Notes: generated by a model from the letters alone, not told the origin. A stretch of DNA of 64,000 bases from Candidatus Nanoarchaeia archaeon (GCA_035289925.1 DATDVR010000002.1:10590-74589), one strand, 5' to 3'. Counted from the stretch's first letter, positions 1 to 8,365 are shown. A program made the numbers and translations.

Positions 1-87
1 TTTGATATGTTTAGCAATAATATTTCTTACAGCTTCTTCATTTCCTGATGGACCAAAGGCCATGCTTAACTCTCTTAAAAGTTCCAT
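1..87 (-). CDS. M42-family (TET/FrvX-like) aminopeptidase, first 29 codons only; gene runs off the left edge
   Basis: Minus-strand ATG (CAT at 85-87) reads MELLRELSMAFGPSGNEEAVRNIIAKHIK. This resembles the L..L....G.SG.E..V N-terminus of M42 peptidases. Only 29 aa are visible, so the family call is weak. Confidence 0.4.
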   Translation of the reverse strand, partial: MELLRELSMAFGPSGNEEAVRNIIAKHIK

Positions 88-225
88 TTCAACCTCTTTT
101 TACTTTTAAAGAATTTGCTAGCTTTTAAGGTTTTTGATTAACTATGAAGAGAATAGTAAATAAAACTCTTTTTCTATAATAAAACAAGCTATCTAAAATG
201 CTTTCTTTGCCACCAAAAATAGAAC

Positions 226-237
226 TTTTTATAAATA
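226..237 (+). promoter_or_regulatory. TATA-like box TTTTTATAAATA, 21 nt upstream of ATG 258
   Basis: Same A/T box and spacing seen upstream of many genes in this window. Supports the internal start at 258 rather than 198. Confidence 0.4.
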
Positions 238-257
238 GAAAAATTATCCATTTTACT

Positions 258-707
258 ATGGCAAATGCCGATAAAACAATAGATGTAAAATGTAGTATTT
301 GCAATGCCAATATGCAGATGCCTGTATCTTTTTTGGAAAAAATTCCAGATAAAAAGGCAGAGAATATCCCACACATTTGTAGCGACTGTACAGAACGAAT
401 GGGGGAATATTCAGGCGATAATAAAATAGGTAATTTTATAGAAGAAATTAACAAACAAATGGAAAAGCTTGGAAAAAACAACAAAATAGCAGAACAAATA
501 GCTGAAGAAATAACAGAAGAAAACATATGGTCTTTATTGCAAGAATTGAAAAAAACTAATGCATCTGAAAAAGAAAAAATAACAGAGAGCTTTTATAGAG
601 GCGCTTGGACGACATTATTTTTAATAGCAAACAGCCACGGACCCAAATTTTTAAAGAAAGAAGCTAAAAAAATTACAGATTTCCATAAAAAAACAAGAAA
701 GATATGA
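258..707 (+). CDS. Hypothetical zinc-ribbon protein (CxxC...CxxC)
   Basis: ORF 198..707 trimmed to MANADKT because of the TATA box at 226-237. It has a CSIC...(34 aa)...CSDC cysteine pair and a Lys/Glu-rich helical rest. No family recognised. Confidence 0.5.
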   Translation: MANADKTIDVKCSICNANMQMPVSFLEKIPDKKAENIPHICSDCTERMGEYSGDNKIGNFIEEINKQMEKLGKNNKIAEQIAEEITEENIWSLLQELKKTNASEKEKITESFYRGAWTTLFLIANSHGPKFLKKEAKKITDFHKKTRKI

Positions 708-718
708 TATAAAGAGAA

Positions 719-816
719 TGCGTCGGCCGGGATTTGAAATCCCGAACACCCTTTTAAGGCATTTCCCGGGTCAAAAGCTTGGAAGGCTTTTATCCTAACC
801 ACTGGACGACCAACGC
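719..816 (-). tRNA. tRNA-Gly(UCC): tRNA-Gly (anticodon UCC) with a predicted 26-nt intron at position 53/54
   Basis: The reverse complement folds as acceptor GCGTTGG/CCGACGC plus A73, D arm GTCC-AGTGGTTA-GGAT, and anticodon arm AAAGC-CTTCCAA-GCTTT. Removing AAATGCCTTAAAAGGGTGTTCGGGAT gives a canonical T arm CCGGG-TTCAAAT-CCCGG. The junctions lie in 3-nt bulges flanking a 4-bp helix (BHB). Confidence 0.8.
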
Positions 817-841
817 ATTGCTTTAAAACTAAAGAATTTGC

Positions 842-850
842 TTTATAAAA
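842..850 (-). promoter_or_regulatory. TATA box (TTTTATAAA on minus strand) 26 nt upstream of the tRNA-Gly 5' end
   Basis: Same 26-nt spacing as the TATA box upstream of the second tRNA (7817-7824). Confidence 0.5.
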
Positions 851-859
851 CTTATTATT

Positions 860-1744
860 CTATCGTTTTTTAAACAATCTATCCAGCTCTTCTTCAGCCT
901 TGCTTTTGCCATACTTGCTTTTTACGTCTTTTAATTCAACTTTTTCAGAAAAAATATTGCCTTTGTCTTGCTTTGTTTCAGTTTTCTTGACGTTTTTCTT
1001 CATCTTAAAAGCAAAATACCAATATAAAGCTATGAATATTATCAAAAAAAACACGCCAAAGCTAACTAATCCAGTTTTAGATTTTGGCTCTTCAATATCT
1101 TCTTCAACAGGTTCTGCAACAGGCTCTTCAACTATTGGCTCTTCTTCTCTGCAGCTAGGACATTTTCCACCGCAATCAATATCTTCTTCATCTTGATTTT
1201 GTATTCCATCAAAGCAGGTTTCAAGAATTTTAGTTTCTGTCTTGCATGCAGGGCAAGGCCCTCCGCAGTCAACTCCAGTCTCGTTTTGATTTTGTATATT
1301 ATCAAAGCAGCTTGCCTTTACGCAGTTGTTGTCAATTACACCGTCACAATCATTGTCTAGATTATCGCCGCAGTAGTCAGAGACTACAGGTTCTAAATTG
1401 CCTTTGCATGTCCCCCATTTATTGTTCTCGCAAGTCTGAGTTCCTTTCTTGCATATTCCTTTGTCAAATTCTCCGCATTCTCTTTGTTGCCCAGTTTGAC
1501 ATTCGCAGTTATCATCTATAGTTCCATCGCAGTTGTTGTCCTTGCTGTCAAAGCAGATTTCATCTTCAGGATACACTGCACCTTGGCAAATTCCCCATTC
1601 GCCGTTAGAGCATATTTGAGTTCCTAACTTGCACTCGCCCAAGCTAGTTTCTCCGCAGCTTCTCTGCTCGTCATCAACACAGGTTTGTGCATCAACTAAA
1701 GCTGCAGTTAAAGCAACGAAAAAAACTAATAAAAGAAGTCTCAT
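860..1744 (-). CDS. Secreted, C-terminally membrane-anchored cysteine-rich repeat protein
   Basis: Signal peptide MRLLLLVFFVALTAALVDA. Two copies of a CGE..G.C..GTQ.C.N..WG.C.G...C.D..DNDCDG.ID.NC module and two of a CFD.IQNQ.E...DCGG.CP.C module. One TM helix (GLVSFGVFFLIIFIALYWYFAF) and a Lys-rich tail. ATGA start/stop overlap with the upstream gene. Confidence 0.75.
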   Translation of the reverse strand: MRLLLLVFFVALTAALVDAQTCVDDEQRSCGETSLGECKLGTQICSNGEWGICQGAVYPEDEICFDSKDNNCDGTIDDNCECQTGQQRECGEFDKGICKKGTQTCENNKWGTCKGNLEPVVSDYCGDNLDNDCDGVIDNNCVKASCFDNIQNQNETGVDCGGPCPACKTETKILETCFDGIQNQDEEDIDCGGKCPSCREEEPIVEEPVAEPVEEDIEEPKSKTGLVSFGVFFLIIFIALYWYFAFKMKKNVKKTETKQDKGNIFSEKVELKDVKSKYGKSKAEEELDRLFKKR

Positions 1745-4200
1745 TTTTTTATCTCTTTGACAACCTCAAAAACAAAATCAATCTGTTCTTTTGTCCATCC
1801 TCTTGCAATCAACACTTTCCTTAGCTTTTCTTTTTCAATCTTCTTTTCAGCTACGTTTTTATGGACATAATCTCTAAGTTTTTCATAGTCTTGCTTGCTC
1901 TTGAAATAATCCTGTAGCTTTCTTGCAAACAATCTTCTTGGTTTATAGACATCTATGTATAGAATAAGCAATATCAATACTATCAATATTGGAAGTATCA
2001 AGTTCCAGTTCAATGCTAATTTCCCTTTGCAGTCTGCAGGACAAACTACTTTGTCTTCCAATGGAACTAAGACTCCATTTATTTCTAGTGATGTGCAGAC
2101 TCCATCTCCGCATGTTGCAGTGAACTTATCAGCCTGCTCATTTAGGTTATTCGGCACAACAACAGTCTTCAATTCAGCTACAGCAGGTCCTATATCTCCA
2201 TTTATTATGTAAGATACTTGGTTTACTGGTCCAAAAGAAACTCTTCCATATTCTATGCTGGGATTTCCTAAGAAATTAATACTTTCTATGCTTGCAATGC
2301 TTGGATCTATTACTTCATATACTTTTGAATTGTAGGTGCTTCCTGCTATAACTTTATTTACTAATGTGTATGTTTCGCTGTCGCCAGAGTAGTAGTTTAT
2401 GCTGTATACTTTAGCATTTGTCTTTACATTGAACCCTTTTTGCACATAATAGACTGCATTTGCATCTTCAAATTGGCTGACATCATCAGGCCCGACAATT
2501 ACTACATCATCTATTTCATTTTTTACATAAATTTTCTTTGGCAAGTTGCTTATAGAGGAGTCAATTTCATTCATTATATCATCAAGCTCGCTTTCCTTGT
2601 CTGCAGAGCTCTCATTGCTTTGATCAAGCTCATTTATTCTTGCTACATAATCATCAAAAGAATTTATAGCCTGATTTATTCCAGAGTCAAGCCCTAATGC
2701 CTTGACAATTTCATCTTGGGATATTTCAATTAGATTGTCTTTTATCCTGTTTATTCTTTCAACACTTCCATCGAAGTCTATCTTTTTGTCAACAATTATG
2801 TTGAAAGTCTTTTTATCACCTGGCGAAAACTCTATTTCAAGTTCAAGAGTTTCCTCATCCTGTATTGCTGGAACTTCAAGCTCAAAATAGTTCAATGGTA
2901 TGTCTATTGTATAGTTGCTATAGTTTCCAAGGTCAACTCCATTTACTTTGTAGACATAAGGATGCAGTATAAACGTGTCATAAAAATTGTTTTCTTCCTT
3001 CAATAAGTTTCCATCCTTGTATGAAATGAGTATATTTGTAAGATAAATTTTTCCCTTGCTCTGTGATGAAACTTTGATAGGTATTGCGCAGGGGTCGGAT
3101 GAGCAGTCGCTTAGATATTCATTCAAAGCATTCACTGCACTATACTGAGTCTTTCCTTCAGCCAGATTTGACTTTTTATTTAAAATCTTATTATAGTCAG
3201 CAGCTCTCACTTTTATGTAAAAATCATCAGTATTTATTTTCTGGCAGCTTCCTGAATTTACAAAGAAAGGACACGTATATCCTGCAGTAGAAATTGTTTT
3301 GTCATTTGAAATCTTGTAGACTTTCTTTTTCTGGTTTGTTCCTATTGTATTCTGCAGGCAGATCAAGTATTTTCCTTTTATTGGGTTTGTCAAATTAATT
3401 GAGCATGAATTCCAATTTGAAGTTGTTCCAAGTTCTGGTAAATCACATTTGTTTGCTCCTCCTTCTGCCTGTATGTTGCTTCCAGTTCCAGAATATGAAA
3501 AAATAAATGCTTTTATGTCGCCAGAAGAGCTTGCATCATACAAGCTGTATTTAGAGCTTACTTCAAAGTCTTTTGAATAAGGCAAGTCAATTATCTCGCA
3601 GTAAGAAAGTCTATCATCAATCATTATTGTAGTTCCTTCAGTGTTCATGTCAAAGTTCTCAGGGTATATAGATTGGTTAAAAAATTCCTTGAAGCTTCCA
3701 AAATACTGCCACTCAAGATAGCCGTCATCTCCAAAATCTATTGCAGGGAAAGCTGGGTAATCATTGCCAACTAAAGCTCCTTCAATGTCCATGTTAATAG
3801 AATTTACAACTGCACTTTTTGGCAGCTTGAAAGAAGTTGCCTGCTCTCCATTCTGGTTGAACTCAAGTATTTTTAATACAGTAGGATTTACAGCATCTAT
3901 CTTTGGTTCTGTTTCAAGATAAGTGTTCCCATTTTCATCAAGAACATCTACTAGCTTCATTGTTATGATTTCATTTTCAAAGTTTATTTTTACATTAGTT
4001 TCAGAGTCAAAGTCGTCATTTAATGTAATTCTTAACAATCCATCAATTTTCTCTCTAGCATAATAGATGTTTTTGTCAAATTCTGCATTGAAGCTTATCT
4101 TGCTGTCAATGGTCACATATCCAGTCAATGTTGGCTTAAAAAACAGCAATGTCAATACTAACGCACTCAAACTTAGCAGAATAGCAATTTTCCTCATCAT
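1741..4200 (-). CDS. Large extracellular protein (819 aa) with signal peptide and C-terminal TM anchor; function unknown
   Basis: N-terminal MMRKIAILLSLSALVLTLLFF, then a long Asn/Ser/Thr-rich ectodomain with many N-x-S/T sequons. A CGDGVCTS...CPADC motif precedes a TM helix (WNLILPILIVLILLILYI), followed by a short cytosolic tail. Confidence 0.75.
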   Translation of the reverse strand: MMRKIAILLSLSALVLTLLFFKPTLTGYVTIDSKISFNAEFDKNIYYAREKIDGLLRITLNDDFDSETNVKINFENEIITMKLVDVLDENGNTYLETEPKIDAVNPTVLKILEFNQNGEQATSFKLPKSAVVNSINMDIEGALVGNDYPAFPAIDFGDDGYLEWQYFGSFKEFFNQSIYPENFDMNTEGTTIMIDDRLSYCEIIDLPYSKDFEVSSKYSLYDASSSGDIKAFIFSYSGTGSNIQAEGGANKCDLPELGTTSNWNSCSINLTNPIKGKYLICLQNTIGTNQKKKVYKISNDKTISTAGYTCPFFVNSGSCQKINTDDFYIKVRAADYNKILNKKSNLAEGKTQYSAVNALNEYLSDCSSDPCAIPIKVSSQSKGKIYLTNILISYKDGNLLKEENNFYDTFILHPYVYKVNGVDLGNYSNYTIDIPLNYFELEVPAIQDEETLELEIEFSPGDKKTFNIIVDKKIDFDGSVERINRIKDNLIEISQDEIVKALGLDSGINQAINSFDDYVARINELDQSNESSADKESELDDIMNEIDSSISNLPKKIYVKNEIDDVVIVGPDDVSQFEDANAVYYVQKGFNVKTNAKVYSINYYSGDSETYTLVNKVIAGSTYNSKVYEVIDPSIASIESINFLGNPSIEYGRVSFGPVNQVSYIINGDIGPAVAELKTVVVPNNLNEQADKFTATCGDGVCTSLEINGVLVPLEDKVVCPADCKGKLALNWNLILPILIVLILLILYIDVYKPRRLFARKLQDYFKSKQDYEKLRDYVHKNVAEKKIEKEKLRKVLIARGWTKEQIDFVFEVVKEIKK

Positions 4201-4299
4201 ATCCCTCTTTTATACCTTAAAAATGCGTTAATTTCTATATAAATCTTGCTCTTTCTTTTTTTAAAAAGGTTTTTAAATAGCCTTTTTTGTTAAATTCTC

Positions 4300-5187
4300 A
4301 TGGATATTGAGAAAGCAAAGGTCTGGTATTCAAACCACTACAAGAAGCTGTTTATTTTGCCAATTGCCATATTGTTGATATCATTATTCATCATAGTAAG
4401 CCACTACCAGAGAACAGGCGACATAATGGACAAGGATGTCAGCCTTAAAGGTGGTATTTCTGTAACAATCTACACTGAAAAAGAAGTCGATTTGGACAAT
4501 CTGAAAGATTATCTGTTAACATTATTCACAGATGTAAACGTAAGAAAAGTAGCAGAATTTGGCACAGAAAAGCAGCTGGGTATAATAGTAGACATATCAG
4601 AATTAGAAGAAACAAAATTGAAGTCTTCCTTATCTGAAAAATTAGGCTTGGAATTGACAGATGACAATTATTCTGTAGAAGTTTCAGGTGCAAGCTTAGG
4701 TGCAAGCTTCTACAACCAGATGCTTCGAGGAATTTTATTTGCTTTCCTGTTCATGAGCATTGTAGTCTTTATCATTTATAGAAGTGTAATCCCAAGCTTA
4801 GCAGTAATTCAGGCAGCAGTATTTGACATAATAGTGCCATTGGCTTTTGCAAATTTAATAGGATTAAAGATTTCAACAGCAGGAATCTCGGCTTTCCTAT
4901 TATTAATAGGTTACTCAGTAGACACAGACATCTTACAAACAACAAGGATGTTAAAGAGGACAGAAGGCACACCTTTAGACAGGATGTTCCAGTCCTTGCC
5001 AACAGGCTTGACCATGACATTTGCAACATTGGCAGCAGTCTCAGTAGGTTACTTCATCTCAGCTTCATTGGAAATAAAGGAGATGTTCTTGATTTTGATT
5101 GTAGGTCTAATAATGGATGTAATAGCAACTTACTTTGTAAACTCAGGAATTTTATATTGGTACACAGAAAGGAAAAAGCATGGCTAA
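4300..5187 (+). CDS. secF: Protein-export membrane protein SecF
   Basis: N-terminal TM, periplasmic domain and a C-terminal 5-TM bundle with the LLLIGYSVDTDILQTTRMLK signature. Overlaps the following secD by 8 nt. Confidence 0.9.
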   Translation: MDIEKAKVWYSNHYKKLFILPIAILLISLFIIVSHYQRTGDIMDKDVSLKGGISVTIYTEKEVDLDNLKDYLLTLFTDVNVRKVAEFGTEKQLGIIVDISELEETKLKSSLSEKLGLELTDDNYSVEVSGASLGASFYNQMLRGILFAFLFMSIVVFIIYRSVIPSLAVIQAAVFDIIVPLAFANLIGLKISTAGISAFLLLIGYSVDTDILQTTRMLKRTEGTPLDRMFQSLPTGLTMTFATLAAVSVGYFISASLEIKEMFLILIVGLIMDVIATYFVNSGILYWYTERKKHG

Positions 5188-6925
5188 AAAATTATTAAGC
5201 TTAAGAGTCTGGATTTACATAATAACCATAGTTCTATCTATAATGGCTATCAATCCAAGGCCATGGGCTTCAGGAGTTGAGATAAAAGGAATTGCAGAAA
5301 ACAGCATCGAAGCTGGCCAAGGTTTTGCAGTAGGAGAGAAAATAACTTCTATTGACAAGCAGTCCATTAATACAGTTGCAGACTATGTTCAAGCTACTGC
5401 TCCTTATGACACAGTAGAAAAAACTCTTTTAGTTGAAACTAAAGAAGGAATCTTCACTTACAACATCACAAATGATCTAGGTTTTTCCACAGATGAAAAT
5501 TTGACAGTAACTTTAGTAAAAGACTTCTCAATATTAAATGTAGGAGACAAAATAGTTTCTATTAACGGAAAACCACTTTCAACTTTATCAGAATTGATAG
5601 ATGAAGCTGAAAAATTAGTTCCAAAAAAGCTTATCACAATAAAGACTGACAAAAAAGAATATATTTACTTGGCTTCAGACGCTCCTGATTTAAGAGTCGG
5701 AATAGCATCAAAAACCAACATCAAGAAAGGCTTGGAATTGCAGGGTGGTACAAGAGTATTATTGAAGCCAGAAACCAACGGAACAGTTACTGACAACCAA
5801 ATTCTAGATTTAGTTGCAGTTTTGGAAAACAGGTTGAACGTTTATGGTTTAGCAGATCTAAGAATAAAACCAGCTTCAGATTTAGATGGAAATAAATTTG
5901 TAATGATTGAATTGGCAGGCGCCACAAGAGAAGAAGTTCGTGATTTAATAGGAAAACAAGGAATATTTGAAGCAAAGATAGGTGAGGAAGTCGTATTTGT
6001 AGGCGGCAAAGGGGACATTCCATTTGTCTGCAAGAATGATGGCTCATGCGCAGGAATAATTCCTCCTTGTCAGCAATTAGAAGAAGCAAACTGGGCATGC
6101 AGGTTCCAGTTCTCAATAAAATTAAGCCCAGAAGCTGCAAAAAATCATGCAGCTGTAACTTCACTTCTGTCCATCAACTCTTCCTTGACAGGAAATACAT
6201 ACTTAAGCAAAACTTTGGATTTATATCTTGACGGAAAGCAGGTTGACAGTCTTCAAATTGGAGCAGATCTAAAAGGCAGGGAAATCACAGACATCGCAAT
6301 TTCTGGTTCTGGCTACGGCCAAGACGAAAGAGCAGCAGTCGACAATGCATTGAAGCAGATGAACAAATTGCAAACAGTTTTGATTACAGGAAGCTTGCCT
6401 TTAAAATTGAACATTGAAAAATTAGACACAATAAGCCCTGTTCTAGGTTCAGCTTTCATAAAAAATTCACTCTTCATGGGCATCATTGCAATACTGATTG
6501 TAGGCTTAATAATTTTCATAAGATACAGAAGCTTCAAGATTTCATTCCCAATTATGTTTGTAGTCACATCAGAAGCAATCATTACTTTAGGATTTGCAGC
6601 CCTGCTTGGCTGGAACATGGACTTGGCTTCAATTGCAGGAATAATAGCTGCAATAGGAACTGGAGTAAATGACCAGATTGTCATCACAGATGAAGTCATA
6701 AGAAAAGAATCAGCATTATTAAACTGGAAGGAAAAAATAAAGAGAGCTTTTGGTGTGGTTATGGCTGCTTATGCAACTCTAGCAGTTGCAATGATTCCAT
6801 TGTGGTTTGTAGGCGCTGGCTTAATAAGAGGCTTCGCAGTCACAACATTAATAGGAATCACAATTGGGGTCTTCATAACAAGGCCAGCATTCGCTTCTAT
6901 AATAGAAACTTTGATGAATGAATAA
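5180..6925 (+). CDS. secD: Protein-export membrane protein SecD, with PDZ-like segments in the N-terminal extracytoplasmic region
   Basis: GLELQGGTRVLLKPE and IGTGVNDQIVITDE signatures with a C-terminal TM bundle. N-terminal GVEIKGIAENSIEAGQGFAVGEKITSIDKQSI and ILNVGDKIVSINGKPLSTLSELI look PDZ-like. Confidence 0.9.
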   Translation: MAKKLLSLRVWIYIITIVLSIMAINPRPWASGVEIKGIAENSIEAGQGFAVGEKITSIDKQSINTVADYVQATAPYDTVEKTLLVETKEGIFTYNITNDLGFSTDENLTVTLVKDFSILNVGDKIVSINGKPLSTLSELIDEAEKLVPKKLITIKTDKKEYIYLASDAPDLRVGIASKTNIKKGLELQGGTRVLLKPETNGTVTDNQILDLVAVLENRLNVYGLADLRIKPASDLDGNKFVMIELAGATREEVRDLIGKQGIFEAKIGEEVVFVGGKGDIPFVCKNDGSCAGIIPPCQQLEEANWACRFQFSIKLSPEAAKNHAAVTSLLSINSSLTGNTYLSKTLDLYLDGKQVDSLQIGADLKGREITDIAISGSGYGQDERAAVDNALKQMNKLQTVLITGSLPLKLNIEKLDTISPVLGSAFIKNSLFMGIIAILIVGLIIFIRYRSFKISFPIMFVVTSEAIITLGFAALLGWNMDLASIAGIIAAIGTGVNDQIVITDEVIRKESALLNWKEKIKRAFGVVMAAYATLAVAMIPLWFVGAGLIRGFAVTTLIGITIGVFITRPAFASIIETLMNE

Positions 6926-7621
6926 TTATTTTCCCATCCTTATCTTTATCAAGCTAAAAAACATTCTCGGTATTGCCCTGAACATATTTAATCTTGAATC
7001 CGGGTTGTCTTCCCAAGTAATTGGTATTTCCCTTATCTTAAATTTGTTTTTATTTAATAAATATAAAACTCCAACATCAAAAGCCCAGCCATGACTTTTT
7101 ATTTCAGATAGTATTTTTCTTAAAGCATTTCCTCTGAATAATTTAGCTCCAGCTTGCGTATCAGTAAACTGCAAATTTAATATTAGTCTTACTAGTGCAT
7201 TAAATCCTCTGCTGGCAAATCTTCTTATGGCAGGCTGTTTTTTTGTTATTATTGCATTTTCAATCCACCTACTTCCCATAACACAATCATAGTTTCCAAT
7301 GTTGTTCAATAATTTCATCAATGCTTCAGGTTTTGTAGAGTTGTCAGCATCAACATATGCAATCAAATCTCCTTTGGCCATCTTAAATCCGGCAATTATA
7401 GCCCCACCTTTTCCTATTTTATAATTGAAAACTTTATGCTTGACCTGCTTGTTCTTTTTCGCAATGTCCAAAACAATTTTTTCAGTATTATCCTTGCAGT
7501 TATTTGGTATTATAACAATCTCAAAGTCTTTTTTTTGTTTTTTAAAGAAATTCATGTAGCTTTTTACAGTATTGCCAATTACTTTTTCCTCGTTGTACGC
7601 TGGTATTATTATTGATATCAT
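6926..7621 (-). CDS. GT2 glycosyltransferase, polyprenyl/dolichyl-phosphate sugar synthase-like (DPM1/AglJ-like)
   Basis: MISIIIPAYNEE start, a DADNS (DxD-type) motif, 231 aa soluble GT-A size. GAGGTG Shine-Dalgarno-like sequence about 10 nt upstream. Confidence 0.8.
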   Translation of the reverse strand: MISIIIPAYNEEKVIGNTVKSYMNFFKKQKKDFEIVIIPNNCKDNTEKIVLDIAKKNKQVKHKVFNYKIGKGGAIIAGFKMAKGDLIAYVDADNSTKPEALMKLLNNIGNYDCVMGSRWIENAIITKKQPAIRRFASRGFNALVRLILNLQFTDTQAGAKLFRGNALRKILSEIKSHGWAFDVGVLYLLNKNKFKIREIPITWEDNPDSRLNMFRAIPRMFFSLIKIRMGK

Positions 7622-7691
7622 TTATTGCCTACCACCTCAGAATTCCCTGATTAAGCTCTAAAATATAGCTTTATAAAACTAATGAATCAGA

Positions 7692-7791
7692 CGCCAAGGC
7701 TAGGATTTGAACCTAGAAGTCCTCGCGGACGGCAGTTTTCGAGATTCAGCCTTATTAAGTCTGCTGCACTACCGGATTATGCGACCTTGGC
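7692..7791 (-). tRNA. tRNA-Ser(CGA): Class II tRNA, best read as tRNA-Ser (anticodon CGA) with a 16-nt intron at position 30/31
   Basis: The reverse complement has acceptor GCCAAGG/CCTTGGC plus G73, a long variable arm GTCC-GCGA-GGAC, and T arm CTAGG-TTCAAAT-CCTAG. Removing ACTTAATAAGGCTGAA gives a perfect anticodon arm GCAGT-CTCGAAA-ACTGC. The alternative Leu(UAA) reading is worse (see rejected). Confidence 0.7.
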
Positions 7792-7816
7792 TTGTAAAAT
7801 TCTTAATTTCATAAAG

Positions 7817-7824
7817 TTTTTATA
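7817..7824. promoter_or_regulatory. Shared A/T box (TTTTTATA / TATAAAAA) between divergent tRNA-Ser and the membrane-protein gene
   Basis: 26 nt upstream of the tRNA 5' end (7791) on the minus strand. 23 nt upstream of ATG 7847 on the plus strand. Confidence 0.45.
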
Positions 7825-7846
7825 CCTATCTAAAAAAAGAATTTTA

Positions 7847-8353
7847 ATGGAGCCATTGTTTCATATAATAATTCCTACTTTATTATTGCTAGTTTTCTTT
7901 CCAAAACTAGACAAAAAAATGATATTAATGCTGTCCCCATTTTCTATAATAACTGACTTAAGCCATTTCATTCCTGGAACACATAGGGTAGTCTTTTACA
8001 ACATATTCTTCTTGACATTAATTCTATTGATAGTTTTTATCATGGCAGGCAAATTGCCTACTTTAATAGCAGGATATTTCCTGGTTTCACACTACCTTCT
8101 TGATTTGGGCGAGCCAGGCATAGCATTTTTCTGGCCTCTGACAAACAATCTTTACTATTTAAAATTCCAGATTCTAGAAAAGCTTGGGCAATGGTCTACT
8201 AATATTTATTTTGGGGTCAATGCAATAGGCGGAGGCTTAAGAGATCCTTTGGGAAAAGTAGTTGACACTTGGGGTTTTTTGGCAACATTCATTGTATTGA
8301 TAACATTCGCAATATCATATTACATAAAAAGAAAGCATTATAAATCTAAATAG
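7847..8353 (+). CDS. Small polytopic membrane protein (possibly DUF457-like membrane-bound hydrolase)
   Basis: ORF 7682..8353 trimmed to MEPLFHIIIP because its first 55 codons are antisense to tRNA-Ser. About 5 hydrophobic helices. The family guess is weak. Confidence 0.5.
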   Translation: MEPLFHIIIPTLLLLVFFPKLDKKMILMLSPFSIITDLSHFIPGTHRVVFYNIFFLTLILLIVFIMAGKLPTLIAGYFLVSHYLLDLGEPGIAFFWPLTNNLYYLKFQILEKLGQWSTNIYFGVNAIGGGLRDPLGKVVDTWGFLATFIVLITFAISYYIKRKHYKSK

Positions 8354-8365
8354 TATTTTCATATC

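Noticed and set aside
125-526. 133-aa minus-strand ORF antisense to 198..707
   Set aside because: Low-complexity Ser/Ile/Leu/Phe composition typical of antisense AT-rich frames. The plus-strand frame has CxxC pairs and a correctly spaced TATA box.
593-802. 69-aa minus-strand ORF in the track
   Set aside because: It is largely the antisense or overlap of tRNA-Gly (719-816) and the 3' end of the zinc-ribbon gene, and has no coding signature.
719-816. Placing the tRNA-Gly insertion in the variable loop and using CGGGA-TTTCAAA-TCCCG as the T arm
   Set aside because: It gives A53-U61, a non-standard T loop and one surplus nucleotide before the acceptor strand. The 53/54 solution gives a canonical T arm and a full BHB.
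7692-7791. Reading the class II tRNA as tRNA-Leu(UAA) using the CTTAATA heptamer
   Set aside because: It would need an A31-A39 mismatch, a pyrimidine or ambiguous position 37, and G73 instead of the A73 expected for Leu. I found no 4-bp/3-nt-bulge geometry for that junction. The Ser(CGA) solution has a perfect stem, a BHB-like motif and G73.
7682-7846. N-terminal 55 codons of track ORF 7682..8353
   Set aside because: This stretch is the reverse complement of tRNA-Ser (7692-7791). Met56 at 7847 has its own A/T box 23 nt upstream.
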